A stretch of DNA of 55,396 nt, filler included, from Sphacelaria rigidula (Eukaryota): NCBI GenBank assembly GCA_964200075.2. It is 6 parts of 6 records of this genome, joined end to end, with 100 filler letters (N's around TTAATTAATTAA, not from the genome) between each part and the next. Parts side by side here need not be neighbours in the genome. Positions count along the whole stretch, not along the records: positions 36,999 to 46,147 come from CAXNAA020009177.1; positions 46,248 to 55,396 come from CAXNAA020009178.1; 4 more parts are not named here. The stretch is one strand, 5' to 3'. Below, piece by piece: positions 42,952-55,396 of the stretch. The notes under the pieces were generated by a model. It was not told the origin of the DNA and ran no database searches. It was given only the letters and a program-made list of their open reading frames with translations. How positions within the stretch are numbered: the first letter of the stretch is position 1; every line of letters begins with the position of its first letter. Both the position numbers and the translations under genes were made by a program.

Positions 42952-43405
42952 ATACAGGTGCAAAAGACTCATGACGCCGTATGGGGCAATGGGCTGTGGG
43001 AACATATACGAGGAACGGTGATCAAAGGAAAGGTGTGGACGATGAAGACGACAGAAATGTGCCAAAAGGGCGATGATGCTAGACAGGGAAATATCAAAAT
43101 ATTTCGATATTTTGCAAGGAGTCGCACCAGGATGTACGTTATCACCGTCTCTACTCGAGGTATTCTTCGATGACCTAATACTAGCATTAGACATTGCAAA
43201 GCAAGGGGTAAAGTTGCTGAAGAAATTGGAAGCAGTGCAGATGATGACAATGATAATACTTTGATGCGGAATCGGTGCAAATGGCAGCTGGTGAAAGAAT
43301 ACTTGGATGCAATAAAATTAGTGAACAAGTTGTGAACAGTACAGATTGCAACAACTCAGAGAATACTTGGATGCAGTAAAGTTGGTGGAGGAGTTGGGAA
43401 TGGTG
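42952..43405 (+). mobile_element. Non-LTR (LINE) reverse-transcriptase fragment
   Basis: VQKTHDAVWGNGLWEHI..IKGKVW; MLDREISKYFDILQGVAPGCTLSPSLLEVFFDDLI (the QG..LSP motif); then KKLEAVQM and ILGC. Frameshifted and internally deleted. Confidence 0.85.
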
Positions 43406-43989
43406 CAGATTACAGCAGCTAGGGGAATTGCTTGGATGCTCGACACAAATGAGTACGCCCCCCCCCCTTTTGAAGTCTTTCCCTTTTGCCCACCCATCAG
43501 TGCCTGAAACAACGTAGAGTTCTCGACAATCCAACATGGTGACGGATACAGGCAATGCAGTCCAACACGACACCAATTCAGGGGTCAGGTGGAATGTGGG
43601 TGTGGCGTTCCAGTTTGGTCCCCCTCAAGGTGTGACACAAACACTTCGGGTATGAGGTGTTTCGGATGGGGTGGGCGGATATGGAAGGAACTTCTTGATA
43701 TTGAGACAGCGGTAATACGTGTGTAATGTTTACGGCCAGTCCAGAGCTCCAAGGAAAACGCGTCAGACGGTAGCATGGCGTCAGATCGTCGGGTAGGGTA
43801 CGATTGCGCAAGAGTGAGCGTGAAACGTACTCTCTCTGGGGCCAAGATTTGTACAATTCTGTAACCTTTTCAGCAGCCGTCCCCCTAGGTTCTCGAATCC
43901 TGTGAAACTGTAGACATAATCATGGCGAAAATGAAATAGACAAGGCATGCTGAGTAAAAAAATAATAATGAGGTACGTTGTACTGAATA

Positions 43990-44523
43990 TACCGAGACAA
44001 AGCACAGAAATGACAAGAAACATGCCCTCACACGCATGAGTTGTACATTGATGCTTATTGGGCGAGAGTCTAGTTCGTATGCCATACCCTAACTGAGCCA
44101 CTATGAGACGACCGGATTGTGGTGGTGAAGTCTTGCTGCAGTTGTACGGCACAAGAGTTTGACAGCAAAAGGAGAGCACGCGTTTATCTACATCGTGCAG
44201 CAATACTGTTGGCTTTCCTACTTATTCAGAACATCGGTCAGCAGGGCGACTAGAATGCTACGCTCCTGGACAAACTGTCCAAGGTACCTGGTGGCTTGAG
44301 AAACGAACGTAGTTTTTCGATTGTATGGATGTGACGTCTGAGCAATTGCGTTGCATTTGGAGGGGGCTGGTTGTATGCCGGTATTATCGATTAACAGGCT
44401 AAGGAACCTGTGAGACCCTACAGTAAAGACATATTTGGCGAACCTGGCGAATTTTACTGAACATAAAATCGTGTAGTCGACAAACTTTGCCGGGGAAAGT
44501 TGGGTGAGCAACACCTCGGTCAA
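43990..44523 (-). mobile_element. Highly degenerate Ty3/Gypsy RT-connection/RNase H remnant
   Basis: FAKYVFTVGSHRFLSLLIDNTGIQPAPSKCNAIAQTSHPYN...TRYLGQFVQERSILVALLTDVLNK resembles the KC.F...FLG.II..GI.P.P.K..AI....P...GY..FV...S...A.LT.L region of Gypsy pol. A weak RNase H-like GY...LSP follows. Confidence 0.6.
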
Positions 44524-45515
44524 GAAGCTTGTGCATTCCTTTTCTAATCATGCGGCGTATTCATGGTAGGAGGCCGCGGCGTTTTGTGGCAAAGGGTGTG
44601 CACGGTGTACAGCAACCATCAAGACAGTAAGAACTCGTACTTCGCCCCCACCAAAGGGGTTCAGCGACCATATCAGCGAAATAAGTGTCTAAACACTATA
44701 TGTAGGGCCTGTAAGAACCGTCAAAAACAAGATATATAGTCGCGCAGTCAACTTGCATGGTAGGCTGGGCATGAAGGGCAAAAAGGCAAAATAGGGAAAC
44801 TACGTACGTCTGCGTACTGAATAAGTAACGACAAGGCAATCCACGGGAGGATGAGTGGCAGCATGATATCGAAAACCAAGTTTGAAGCAACTAAACAATG
44901 TATTATCCAACTACGGTACCGCGAAGGAACAAGGTAGTATCCAACTACGGTACAGGGTGCGTCAAGAAGTCAACCTGGTGAATAGCAAACCATACAATCG
45001 ATTACCAGTGTGGGATAAAATGGGGATCCTATTTAGTGGCACCAAGGTAATGATCCTTCTACCAGAATGCTATGAAAAGGTGCCCGGGATTAGCTAAACC
45101 AAACCAAATTGCAGACACTCCACGCGGGACCATACCGTCATTGGCAAACCGTTCAGGGTTTCCTGCGTGTCCTCCCCAACGCAATAACGTTCAGCGCCGG
45201 TTCCCTCATCGGATTGCACACCCAGAACAAGAGTGTGGGTGAAACAAGGGCGAAAGTAAAAGAGGGCGTGGTTAGTATACGTTGGAAGTCTTGGGGTACA
45301 GGAAAATATGGCTCGGTTTTATACCACGTGACGCAGATCGAAATGTCGGGTGCCGGGCGGTAAATTCGGCGTTTCAGCCTTGCGAACCAGATAGATGAAA
45401 CGATTACCAGCGGAATCCTGCTCAAGCATGATGAGTATAGGCGGCGCAACAGACAAGGCCCTGCAGATAGCCTACCCCCGCACGGCAAAAAAAAGACATC
45501 GCGAGCGCCAAACAC

Positions 45516-45851
45516 AATACAAAATTACCAGAACATGAAATGAAAAATAGTGCAGCTCGAAAGAGCAAGACGACGGCGGCGTAAATGATGAGACAATCAA
45601 AATGAAATGCAAGATTACCAGAACATGAAATGAAAAATAGTGCAGCTCGAAAGAGCAAGACGACGGCGGCGTAAATGATGAGACAATCAAAATGGAATAC
45701 AAAATTTCCAGAACATGAAATGAAAAATAGTGCAGCTCGAAAGAGCAAGACGACGGCGGCGCAAATGATTAGACAATCAAAATAAAATACAAAATTTCCA
45801 GAACATGAAATGAAAAATAGTGCAGCTCGAAAGAGCAAGATGACGGCGGCA
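45516..45851. repeat. Minisatellite, 90-bp unit, ~3.7 copies
   Basis: TGAAAAATAGTGCAGCTCGAAAGAGCAAGA recurs at 45541, 45631, 45721 and 45811 (exact 90-bp period). Confidence 0.95.
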
Positions 45852-46147
45852 CAAAATTATAGAGCACTTAAAATACAATCGAGGGGCTCAAAAGACAGTT
45901 ATGGTAGACGCGACACCCGGAGATGCAGACACTATGCGTATGTAAGATGAAAGAAAAGCAAAGAAGATCGAAATAAAATGGAAGCTTTACTGCATGTGTA
46001 TTCCACATATCCCCGTCGCCACAATAAAAATGCAACCCCGGAAACAAAGTACATACTGATCATGGTGGGTTGTTTTGCAATAAAACTACCGGGATAATAT
46101 AGAGAATGTCTAGAACACGATCATTGCTGGTTAGGTACAGCGATGAT

Positions 46148-46247
46148 NNNNNNNNNNNNNNNNNNNNNNNNNNNNNNNNNNNNNNNNNNNNTTAATTAAT
46201 TAANNNNNNNNNNNNNNNNNNNNNNNNNNNNNNNNNNNNNNNNNNNN
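46148..46247. other. Artificial contig linker
   Basis: N-TTAATTAATTAA-N, 100 nt. Confidence 0.98.
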
Positions 46248-47219
46248 ACTTCTTGTCTACATATCACAAGAGGAAATCATCGCCAGCCTCGGAGTTCCTT
46301 CGGCATCAGGACGACGTCTTCAACGACAGTCTCCCCCGTAGGTCTCTGTCTACCCTCGCGATACGCCTTCCTCATATTGGCGACACCATAAAAGGATTCA
46401 GGCAAGACAGGCTGTAGAATTAAAAAAACAAGAATAAGAACCGATTGCTCCGACATCAGAAATACCAGGGTCCTCCGAAGAATGCTACAGCAGGTGAAAC
46501 GTATGGGTCATGTGCACAAATATTCGAGTTGAGAGGTTATTGGTGTAATGTGTTTGGGTCGATGCGAACTTAGTCTCATCAGCGGGCATTATATGTCACC
46601 CGCATGACTGATCGAACAGCTAAACGCAAAATGAGACTCCTTAGCGTGCACTAGATGTCACCAGCATGGCTAGTCAAACAGCGAAGCCACACTTCTCAAG
46701 CCACCTCTCACCACCATGGTGCAAGAGGCACGGCAATCAATCAAGCACACCGACCTCTGGAAACACGGTGACTCGACACGGCACTAACAAACATTCTACC
46801 CAACCTGCGAATGCACTACCTTGTCATTCCCCACCATTTAGCAAGCGAAAGAAGAAGCTGTATTGGACGGTCTTGCCGCATCTCAGCTCACAAGTTGAGA
46901 GGAGTTGAAAACTACAGATAGTTTAGTATTTCATATCTCAATACGCATGTAATGCAGAAAAAAGTCAACCCTCTGGTGGGAAGATTGGATAGAAGCGAGT
47001 TTTCTAGTCAGTAAAGTAACTCCTCCGGAGGGTCACCAGAACAACCGCCACTTGTGATGTGAAAATACATACTAAGATAAAGCAAAGGCTGCACAGAGCA
47101 CGATTGGAGTTGCTTCCTACGCAGCCTTTATAACAGCCGTCGAAAACAGCGATACAGCGGACAAGGGTCCGAACTCGTCGAAAATGAAGCTCAACTTGTT
47201 GAGACTCCTATCTGTTAGA

Positions 47220-49250
47220 TTTTGCGCGATACCCCAAGAAACCGGTAACGTTACATTCCACGTTGACACATGCTCAACCTGCCGCCAGAATGAACAACAA
47301 TCTTGTGAGCAATGGCTGTTGATCCCTTCAAAAAATCATTCGGTCACATCTGGTTTAGATGTAGCACCTTGATATAAGATCTGGTAAATCTTACAAAGAA
47401 GCGGCGAAACAAGTGTCAAAAACTCTGGAATACCGAACATGATTAAGTCTCCGGAAAAATTCAACAATTACTGAACGAGGCACCTGCCATTCATTTTCCA
47501 GATTTTCAGTAAAGCAATTACGATAAATGTCGATACGTCAGACCGAGGCGCGGGATCGTAACTGTCCCAGAAGAAGGGCGACGACGACGCAATAGTAGCA
47601 TACTTTACTCAACGTTTCAACGACGTTCATTCTCGCTACTCACCTACCATGAAATAATGTTATGCCGGTGTACCAGCAGTTCAGCATTTCAAACCCTTTG
47701 GGGGGGGGCGTCACTTTACGTGTATAACTGATCATACCGCTCTTCGATCTCTACATGCAATGCGAGATACGAGCAACATGTTGACCCATTGGGCGATCGT
47801 ATTACAATCATACGACTTCACGGTCAGACACAAACCGGAAAATGTTATTTCTGACACCCTCTCACGACAACACCAGTTTCAAATATCAGGTGAGAGGCTC
47901 GACGATCAAAAGCCAGTACAAATGACAGAGAGCTGTTCACCGTGAAATCAGTATGCGTAAGCTCCACGAACGTCTTCACGTCAGTCGACCGCGAAAAATT
48001 GCCAAAAGAGCAAGCACTGGAGTACGCACCCTATGTCAGGGTTGCCAACGCCGAGAAACGGTCCACAACCGGCCAAAATTACCGATGGGACACGTCCCGG
48101 TAGAACAGCCGTACGAAAGAGTGTCGGTAGACGGTCGAATACAAAACAGCTTCTATGTCAAACGCTGTAGTACTATGTAAATATGTACTGTCCGTAATGG
48201 ACCACCCCACAAGATATGATTTGCTCATTCCGGCGCCGAATGAACAGGCTACGTCAATAGCCAAAACTCTCATTAGAGTGTGTACTACATTTGGCATTCC
48301 GGAAAAGCTGCATTCCGACCAAGGAGCCGAATTTCAAAACAGGCTAATATACGCACTGCAGCAAGAGCTAGGTTTCAATAAGACTCGCACGACGTCGTTA
48401 CGCCCGCAAGGTAATTCAATGTTGGACAGAGTCCACTCCTCTATGCACGCGATGTCTGCTATGCATACGTCAGTTGGAAACAAAATTGGGCGTCCATGCT
48501 TCCGTTCATCCATGGCGTACAACACATCCTATCACGACACTGTACAGGAGACACCGTACTTTTCATTGTTCGGAAGACAGCCCAGATTAACATTTGACAT
48601 CACCCTCGGCGTACCTGAGGAAAGCCAAGCAGCAACACCCGAAGAATCTTACAAAGAAACACGAGAAAACTTACAGTTGGGATTTGAACTTGCGAGACAA
48701 GCTCTACGAGAAAGAGCGAATGAGCAAGAAAACAAAAACAACAAGTAACAGTTGTTCGCAGTGTCCAAAGCCGTTCAAGAGGTACCCCTTATCGACCGTA
48801 CCAGGACTCAGAAGGGCCGAACCCGAAACCCCAATTACCATGGAGAGCACCTTTCACCATAATCGAGAGACGATCGCCGGTTGTTTACAGAATCAAATAG
48901 GCGACGACTCCAAAGAAGTGTCAGTACATATCGCTCACCTGAAGAAATATCACCCTAGAGAGACACTACCAGCGCTGGATTTCGATAAGTTGAGTGGATT
49001 GTTCCTAGGCAAACAGATACCTCTACCAGAGATATACCAATCAGACGAAACGTTACCTAAAACAGAGCGTTACGCTGGGCAAAAACGTGGTAGGCCAAGC
49101 TCCAGGATCAGGTCGGAGAAGTCTTCATAACTATGAATATCGGTTGAGACTCAAAGCCTACGATCCAGCAGCCGACCTAACCTACCTCGCCGATGAAGGA
49201 CCACAATGTGAACATCTCATTGACAAGCACCGACAGGATAATGGGTTTGC
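47220..49250 (+). pseudogene. Decayed Gypsy pol: RT trace, RNase H, integrase, chromodomain
   Basis: AIPQETGNVTFHVD (RT N-terminal trace; no YxDD found). RNase H: EAPAIHFPDF, VDTSDRGAG, HFTCITDHTAL..LTHWAIVLQSYDFTVRHKP. Integrase: CQGCQ, YVLSVMDHPTRY, FGIPEKLHSDQGAEF, RPQGN, AYNTSYH..QETPYF.LFGRQPR, WRAPF. Chromodomain-like: YEYRLRLKAYDPAADLTY..EGPQCEHLI. Multiple stops and frameshifts. Confidence 0.9.
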
Positions 49251-49516
49251 AGAGTCCTCACGTCCAGATCCGGGATCCATCGATAAGGGGAAACGGAAAC
49301 GTAAGTAACTGTTCAACAGATTGTCCGAGCGTCCTAGCAAAACGCTCAGTGGTTGGACATTGGCCCAAAGTCATAATTCGGGAATTAGAGAGAATTACAC
49401 ATAAAATGACGTTAGAACAAGGCAGACATGAACGGAACAACATTTGACATGCCAGCGGTGACGGGGGTACAACATCCCAAGGAAGGTTTCCTTTCAGCAA
49501 TACGAGTAGTTGCTGA

Positions 49517-50070
49517 CAAGAAGCAAAGATCACTTCGACGATGTTTCGCCAAAAGAGCACAATGCTCACAGGATGAAAACATCATACCCACCGATTTGTC
49601 ACTAACGCGAAGATTTTGTCCTACTCCGGTGCTAGCGGAACCGAAGGCATCCCAGAACCCGGGCACAAATAACCCAGGCGCGCGTGGACCGAAAAGCGTC
49701 CCAGTGCCCAGTCATGTATAACCAGCTGATGCAGCCAGCACCAAAGTGCAAATGCATCCAATGGAATATGTCACACATGACACAGTCGCCTGACACAAAA
49801 TCACAAGAAGCAAGGGTATTTCGACGATATTTCGCCAAAAGAGCACAGTGCTCACAGGATAAAACATCATACCCACCGATTTGTTACTAACGCGAAGACT
49901 TTGTCCTACTCCGGTGTCAGCGGAACCGAAGGCATCCCAGAACCCGGGCATAAATAAATAACCCAGGCGCCCGTGGACCGAAAAGCGTCCCAGTGCCCAG
50001 TCATGTATACCAGCAGATGCAGCCAGCACCAAAGTGCAAATGCATCTAATCGAAATGGGTCACATATGAC
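49517..50070 (+). repeat. Tandem duplication (~290-bp unit x2) in the 3' non-coding region of the Gypsy element
   Basis: TTTCGCCAAAAGAGCACA...GGAACCGAAGGCATCCCAGAACCCGGGCA...CAGCCAGCACCAAAGTGCAAATGCATC occurs twice (~49517-49804 and ~49805-50070). Confidence 0.9.
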
Positions 50071-50338
50071 GATGAAATGATAAAAAAACACCAAAAAAAA
50101 TAAAAGGCTTTCGAATGCGTGCACCGCTATTGGCCACGGGTAGCTAAAGTTTACTGGAGGTGTTTAATCGATGCCACTGTATAGAGAAGGGCTACCTTTG
50201 CGATCAGCAGTGGCGTGACTCAATCAATGATTATCACTCAAAGAGGCTTCCACGTACACATCATCAACGAAGCCAATGGTCGCCTCGTCCCACCAACCAC
50301 AGTCCTGATGGGCTTGAGGCGCATGCAAGGGGGGGAAG

Positions 50339-50697
50339 TGTGGAAGACACTTCTGTGCAGAGACACATAAGAGATTGATGCCACACATGTATAAAGAACC
50401 AGCGCATGTAGGTACAAGGTATGAACGGTCCGAAAGGACCAGATTACCGGGACCCTGTAAGGCCAACGACACGAGGAAACTTGGGGTGATGCCAGGAAGA
50501 GCCCGATATCAGGGCGGCCCAACATCCCCCGAGCAGGTCACCTCACGGTGATCACATTCTCGTCTGGCCCACTTCTTGTCTACATATCACAAGAGGAAAT
50601 CATCGCCAGCCTCGGAGTTCCTTCGGCATCAGGACGACGTCTTCAACGACAGTCTCCCCCGTAGGTCTCTGTCTACCCTCGCGATACGCCTTCCTCA
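50339..50697 (+). repeat. 3' LTR (359 bp)
   Basis: TG...CA ends with an 8-bp imperfect inverted repeat, a PPT immediately upstream, and the last 127 nt duplicated at 46248-46374. Confidence 0.9.
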
Positions 50698-52199
50698 GAG
50701 TTGTCCGAAAAATTCATATCTTTCACGGAAAATCAAGGGTCATTTTTTCAGTCATTTTTCCCCTTAAAAATGGTTTTTTTGCCCTACTTCTCCGAAAAAG
50801 AACTGAAGAAAATGAAGCGGGATTTTCGGAGAAATATGGAGTCTGGCCGTTTCTTAAGCCCATTAAAACTGTTCCAGTCTTTTTCCGAACTCTCGAAATG
50901 TTGAAAAAAAGAGGTAATACTCTCATGGGAAGTAAAGTGCGACCGTTGGTGTTTCGGAAAAGAATGCCCATTGCTGGAAACGTTTTATAGATGTGAAAAC
51001 AGGAAATTTCATAGGTGGGAAACTCCCTGCCCCGTCCGAATTTTCCTAGGATTCGAAAAAAACTCCGGCACCATTTTCTTCCGAGATGAGGGCATCCAAC
51101 GAGCATCGGCTTCCGTCACCTGGCGAGAGCCGTTTCGAATGTACTCAAGGAGTTATAGACACCAGATCAACAACGCGCGACAGGGTAAGCTAGGGGAAGT
51201 TTTGACAGACAAATAATTTCCTCACTTCATTGTTTTTGCAAACTAGTTTACGTAACATGTGACTTTTTGGAAGGCCACCACTTGGAACCCGTTTTAGTGT
51301 TCAATCTCATTTTCCAGGATCCACTGCTAGACCCGTTAATATTATGCCTATCCGCTTTTTACGTTTTACTAGCAGTGTAGGCCGTCTCCTTCTGCAGTGG
51401 CCCATAAGAGCTCAATGGAAACCGAGGCAATAACCATCTTCAATACGGTATAGTTGATCTGCGAACAGAAACCAGAAGCATGAGCGGGGAAATTGCGCAG
51501 TAATCGAGTATTCTTGGATAATTACTGAGAACGTTCCTTGTGATTGAACAAAGGCAAATTGTTCAGAGTTCTTATATTTTGGGAACTGTAAGCGTATGTT
51601 TTACGGATCTTGTACCGCAGTAGATTTTGGATCGTAGGCAGTCGTGATAGGGAAGCGCTGCATGCCCTACTCTCTCACTCGTCTCCCTCACCTATTCACC
51701 CAACTGTCTACGTGTGGATAGTAGTAGTAAAGACTTTCAACAAATCTCCATCTTCTTCTCACTCACTACAAGAGGGCAGTAATCTGCTTGAGCACACAAT
51801 CCGGGGCTGTTGTCGCTGCAAGGTTATCTGATCAATACGATCATTCGAATACGTCAACATTATAATTCGAACTTGGATCGTTGTTCTGAGACGGCGGATC
51901 AAGACAGCTCAGTTGAAGGATTGAGGGCGCTGCTCGAGGTGCAGATTAGGACCTCGGTAGAAAGGCTGTCACGCGTCGAGGCTGCTCAGGAAAGCACAGG
52001 GGGACGAATAGAGAGGTCCGTCAGTGTAGATTAACCATCTTATCTCGATGGTGCTACGGGCGCGGAGCGGGCAGGGTCTACTTCCGGTCATAGAGGTGCA
52101 GTCACCACCGATAGCCTGCCGCCAGCTGTCGGTGAGATTGGGACTGCAGGAGGTAGCGCTTTTTCAATGAGTCCTAGGGAAATAAGCAGCATCAAAACT

Positions 52200-54462
52200 G
52201 CTGTCCCCAAGCAATAGGAGGTTTGATTTTCCTTCATGGAAAATACGCTTCGAGGGTTTCGCTACATCTAACGATTGTATGCAGGGTTTTTTCTATAGCT
52301 ATTGACATACCCGTAGGTTGACCAAGGTTTCAGTGAGACAAGCATAAGACGAGCACGTATTGCTTGAACGTGTTCGATGGAGAGCATCACGGACCGTGAA
52401 CTATTAAGTAGGATATTTGACACAAACTCCCCGAGTGCAGGTTGGTGCTTTTTATGTAATTAGTTTCTCCCGAGAACCCTCCCGGAAAAATCGACATGGA
52501 AACGCCTTTTCAACGAGTTACCGATGGAGCATAAGGAAGATACGATGAAGTTTCTCGCGCACGTGGATAAGGCTGTGGGTGTACTAGTATCACTACACTA
52601 CACGCTCATGTCTAGGAATGATACGAAAAACCGTAATGTAGGGCATGCTCTCGTTACTAGCAAGCCCACCCACCGAAACCGCAATCAAGATGGCGCCAAG
52701 GTGGTAGGGGTGTTTCTAGTAGTACTGTGGCCGACAAGAACGACCAGAGCAGCAGTGCGAAAAACGTAGGCAAGAAGTTCGACGACATGCGAAGCAAGTG
52801 TCATCGTTGCTTGGAGCCAGGACATCGATGGTTCGACTGTACCGCACACGTCATCCCAGCCCCGAAGAAATCACAGGGAGGCGTCGGTAAAATCACAGCG
52901 TGTTTGTCGATTGGCGTGCAACAAAGTAATAATGATGCGGTGGGAGAGCGTGATACAGTAAGGATGATACTAAGAGGTGAATTGCCGAAATTTCAGTGCA
53001 ACCCGATCTCCCTGTTCCGCTGGACTTCCCTGTAATAGCCCCCAGTAGTGCTGACTCACGCGAGACTACGGTAGGCATCGACAATCCCCGCTATTCATTG
53101 CGGATGCTGGCGCGGGCAAATAAAGTAGTAGAGATAAGGGATGTCATCGGGGAGGCGCCGCCGGTCATGGTGGTGGCGCCGGTAAAACTGCAGCAGCCGA
53201 CTTCGCCGAAGCTGACAGGGGCGTCGGAGCTGGGAGGGACGTCACTGTCGTGAGGGACATCGAAGATCGGAGAGACCCAGGAGCCGGGAGGGCTAGATGA
53301 TTTCGATTCTGCTCCACCGACTTCATTACCGCTATTGGCGAGAGGAATCCCCCATCAGTGTCGAGTGATATCTCTGGTGAAGAGTGCAGACCATGGTGGT
53401 GAAGGTGAGCGGGGTTCTCTTGGCAATGAAAATCAGCCGGCCCCGGACAACACAACTGCTTTTCAGGTGTTTATTTGCCGTCGATGAGTGATGGGCCGTC
53501 TGCCGGCGTCGACCTCTCAGTGGGGGGGAGCAATTCGTCTTCATCGGACGAAGAAAGTGTTTTAGTTCCAACGGCAGCGCGGACTACGGCGCGCCAACTT
53601 GAGTCAAATCTGGTTAGATCTGGAAATGGTGAGGAGCTTGGGCGAGCCAGAGAGCAGACGCGAACGCTCAATCGTGAAGCATCTGGGCTCGTGAGTATGT
53701 TAGAGCCCGATTAAGGGGGCAAAACCATCTAGGCTACCGGTAAGCCGGGTAAGCTCCCTAGCTGTCTCGTCAAGGAAGTGGAGCCAGAGCCGCTGTCTTA
53801 CCCTACGGCGTGTTCATCACAGTACTCGGATGTGTGGGTGGAGGCGATAAAGACGGAGTTCGATGGCCTTATGACTGCCGGGAAGTTTGCGGACGAGAGT
53901 GACATTCCAGAGGGGTGCAGTATTGTGGACGCTAAGTGGTTGTGTAAGTGGAAGGGTGATTCGCATGATGTGATTGACGGGGCGAAAGCCAATATGGTGG
54001 CCATTGGGTACAGTCAGGTAGAGAGAGTAGACTAGTTTGAGATAATTTGCCCTACGACATTTACCACTTCAAACATACATGTTAGTAGCGGCTATGACAT
54101 GTAAGCTAGACTGGGATTTGACGCACTTAGATGCAGGCTACGTCCGAGTTGGACACCGATACCTACTTCCGCCTGCCGCCCGGTTGTAAATCAGTACCTG
54201 GTAAGGTAGCGCGCCTCAACAAGGCTTCTTACGATTTGAAGCAGATGGTCGTGCATGGTATCAACTACTATTGTCAACTTTTTGAAGTGTGCTTTTGAGC
54301 AATGCTTGGTAGATCCCTGTGTGCTTCGACTGAGAGTTGTTGGTGACGTTGTGGCGATGATGGTCTTTCATTTAGACGACATCATAATAGCAGCTACTGA
54401 GGAGGTGACTAAGGTGATAGTCGGTGCACTCAATCAGAGGTTTCTCACTGAACATCTCGGCG
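52200..54462 (+). mobile_element. Degenerate Ty1/Copia retrotransposon (gag and RT remnants)
   Basis: gag-like FPSWKIRFEGFA...ESITDRELLSRIFDTNSPSAGW. Zinc knuckle CHRCLEPGHRWFDC (~52799-52840). RT: EPLSY...WVEAIKTEFDGL...IVDAKWLCKWK...KANMVAIGYSQVERVD* and FEQCLVDPCV...VFHLDDIII. Protease and integrase are not recognisable. Confidence 0.88.
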
Positions 54463-54479
54463 GGGGGGGTGGGGCGTAG

Positions 54480-55396
54480 TCATTTGTTACTTGCCTCACT
54501 CGTTTGACCATTGACCACGCATCCCTTTCGGGACGGAACGCCGTTTCTACTCACTCCTAATGGAGACACCTCCAACATTCCGGCGCTCATTGCGTTCCTT
54601 TCATACATATCCTATCCCCGTCCTTTTGCACATCTTATCCCCGTCCTGTTTCACCGTCTGTAGCCACCATTTATCTAGCCATAGCCATCGTTTTCTCCCT
54701 ACTTGTACTGTCTAACGCATCAAACGATTTCATGCCACCTTCGTTCACGTCCCGCATTCCCCCCTCTAGCACGTCCCGTTCCTCCTTGTGTAGTTCACAT
54801 TCTGCAACTATATGACTTCTGCTCTATTGCTTTGCCACAGGGGCAATTCTGTGCATCTACTTCCTCCTCCACACGACGACAGGTAAATCTCTTTCTTCTT
54901 TCTGGCAGGTCCAGGTCCCCCACCCGGAATCGCAGTTGCAATGTTGTCACCACGTCCATTGGGCCATGCAGATATATTTTCATCCCTATTCCCTCCCTCA
55001 GCCCCCCGTATAACTTCAGGTGTTCTTCCTTGTCTACTTTGTGTCTGAGTACTCCCATTATTTCTATCGTGTCTCTTACTTTTGTCTTGTACCCCGCGCC
55101 CTCATTTGTGGACAGTATTTCGTCTTGGTTTCCTCCTATCTCCTTCCATACTTCTCGACTTTTTATCCCGCCTTATTCCAGCCTGCCCTTCTACACTCTT
55201 CTTCCATACAGCCTTATCAACTGCAGCTGGCAATCTCTTTCTCTGCATGTTTTTTAGGCTATATTACCACCTAAATTTCCTGGTGTCTCTGTTTGTTTCA
55301 TATATATATATTTCCAACTCTGCTCTCAATGCTGTATTACTTGTCATTTTCGAACATCCAAGCATCTTCTTAGCTGCTGCCATCTGTACTGTTTCC
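54480..55396 (-). mobile_element. LINE ORF2 C-terminal/3' fragment
   Basis: Minus strand ETVQMAAAKKMLGCSKMTSNTALRAEL...HLKLYGGLREGIGMKIYLHGPMD...LRFRVGDLDLPERRKRF...NCPCGKAIE. It shares the VQM..ILGC block with the fragment at 42952-43405 and runs off the window end. Confidence 0.8.

Larger units (their letters stand above)
46248..50697 (+). mobile_element. Defective chromodomain-bearing Ty3/Gypsy LTR retrotransposon
   Basis: The 5' LTR remnant 46248-46374 is identical to 50571-50697. PBS TGGCGACACCA at 46378. PPT AAGGGGGGGAAG at 50327-50338. The 3' LTR is 50339-50697 (TGTGGAAG...CTTCCTCA). Decayed pol lies inside. Confidence 0.92.

Noticed and set aside
43829-44286. Two phase-compatible minus-strand 'exons' (YLGQFVQE...DVLNK / IREPRGTAAEK...)
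   Set aside because: The first block is better explained as a continuous, decayed Gypsy RT-connection sequence.

Overview
Eukaryotic, intron-rich, repeat-dense DNA, most consistent with a brown alga or other photosynthetic stramenopile (inferred from gene content and exon/intron style). The window is not one locus. It is six contigs of 9150, 9150, 9149, 9149, 9149 and 9149 bp joined by 100-nt N-TTAATTAATTAA-N linkers, so nothing should be inferred across a linker. Four partial host genes are reconstructed from splice sites: a type II geranylgeranyl diphosphate synthase (8 exons, 437-6537 +); the 1.8-kb last exon of a CCR4/nocturnin/Angel-like EEP protein with an inserted FN3 domain and two substituted catalytic positions (15995-17792 -); four exons of a JmjC/cupin 2-oxoglutarate oxygenase (19323-27159 -); and the 3' part of CFAP69 (27750-32768 +). 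The rest is mostly mobile DNA: hAT-, Tc1/mariner- and Ginger-like MITEs, foldback elements, tRNA-headed SINEs, LINE fragments, a spliced Sola-like transposase, a defective chromodomain Ty3/Gypsy element with identical LTR ends, and a Ty1/Copia remnant. The best novelty candidate is a ~406-bp miniature LTR retroelement (25677-26082) with ~67-bp LTRs. It carries a tRNA-Val-like segment with a B box just after its PBS, and it shares that PBS with the Gypsy element. All family calls come from manual motif recognition; no database searches were run.
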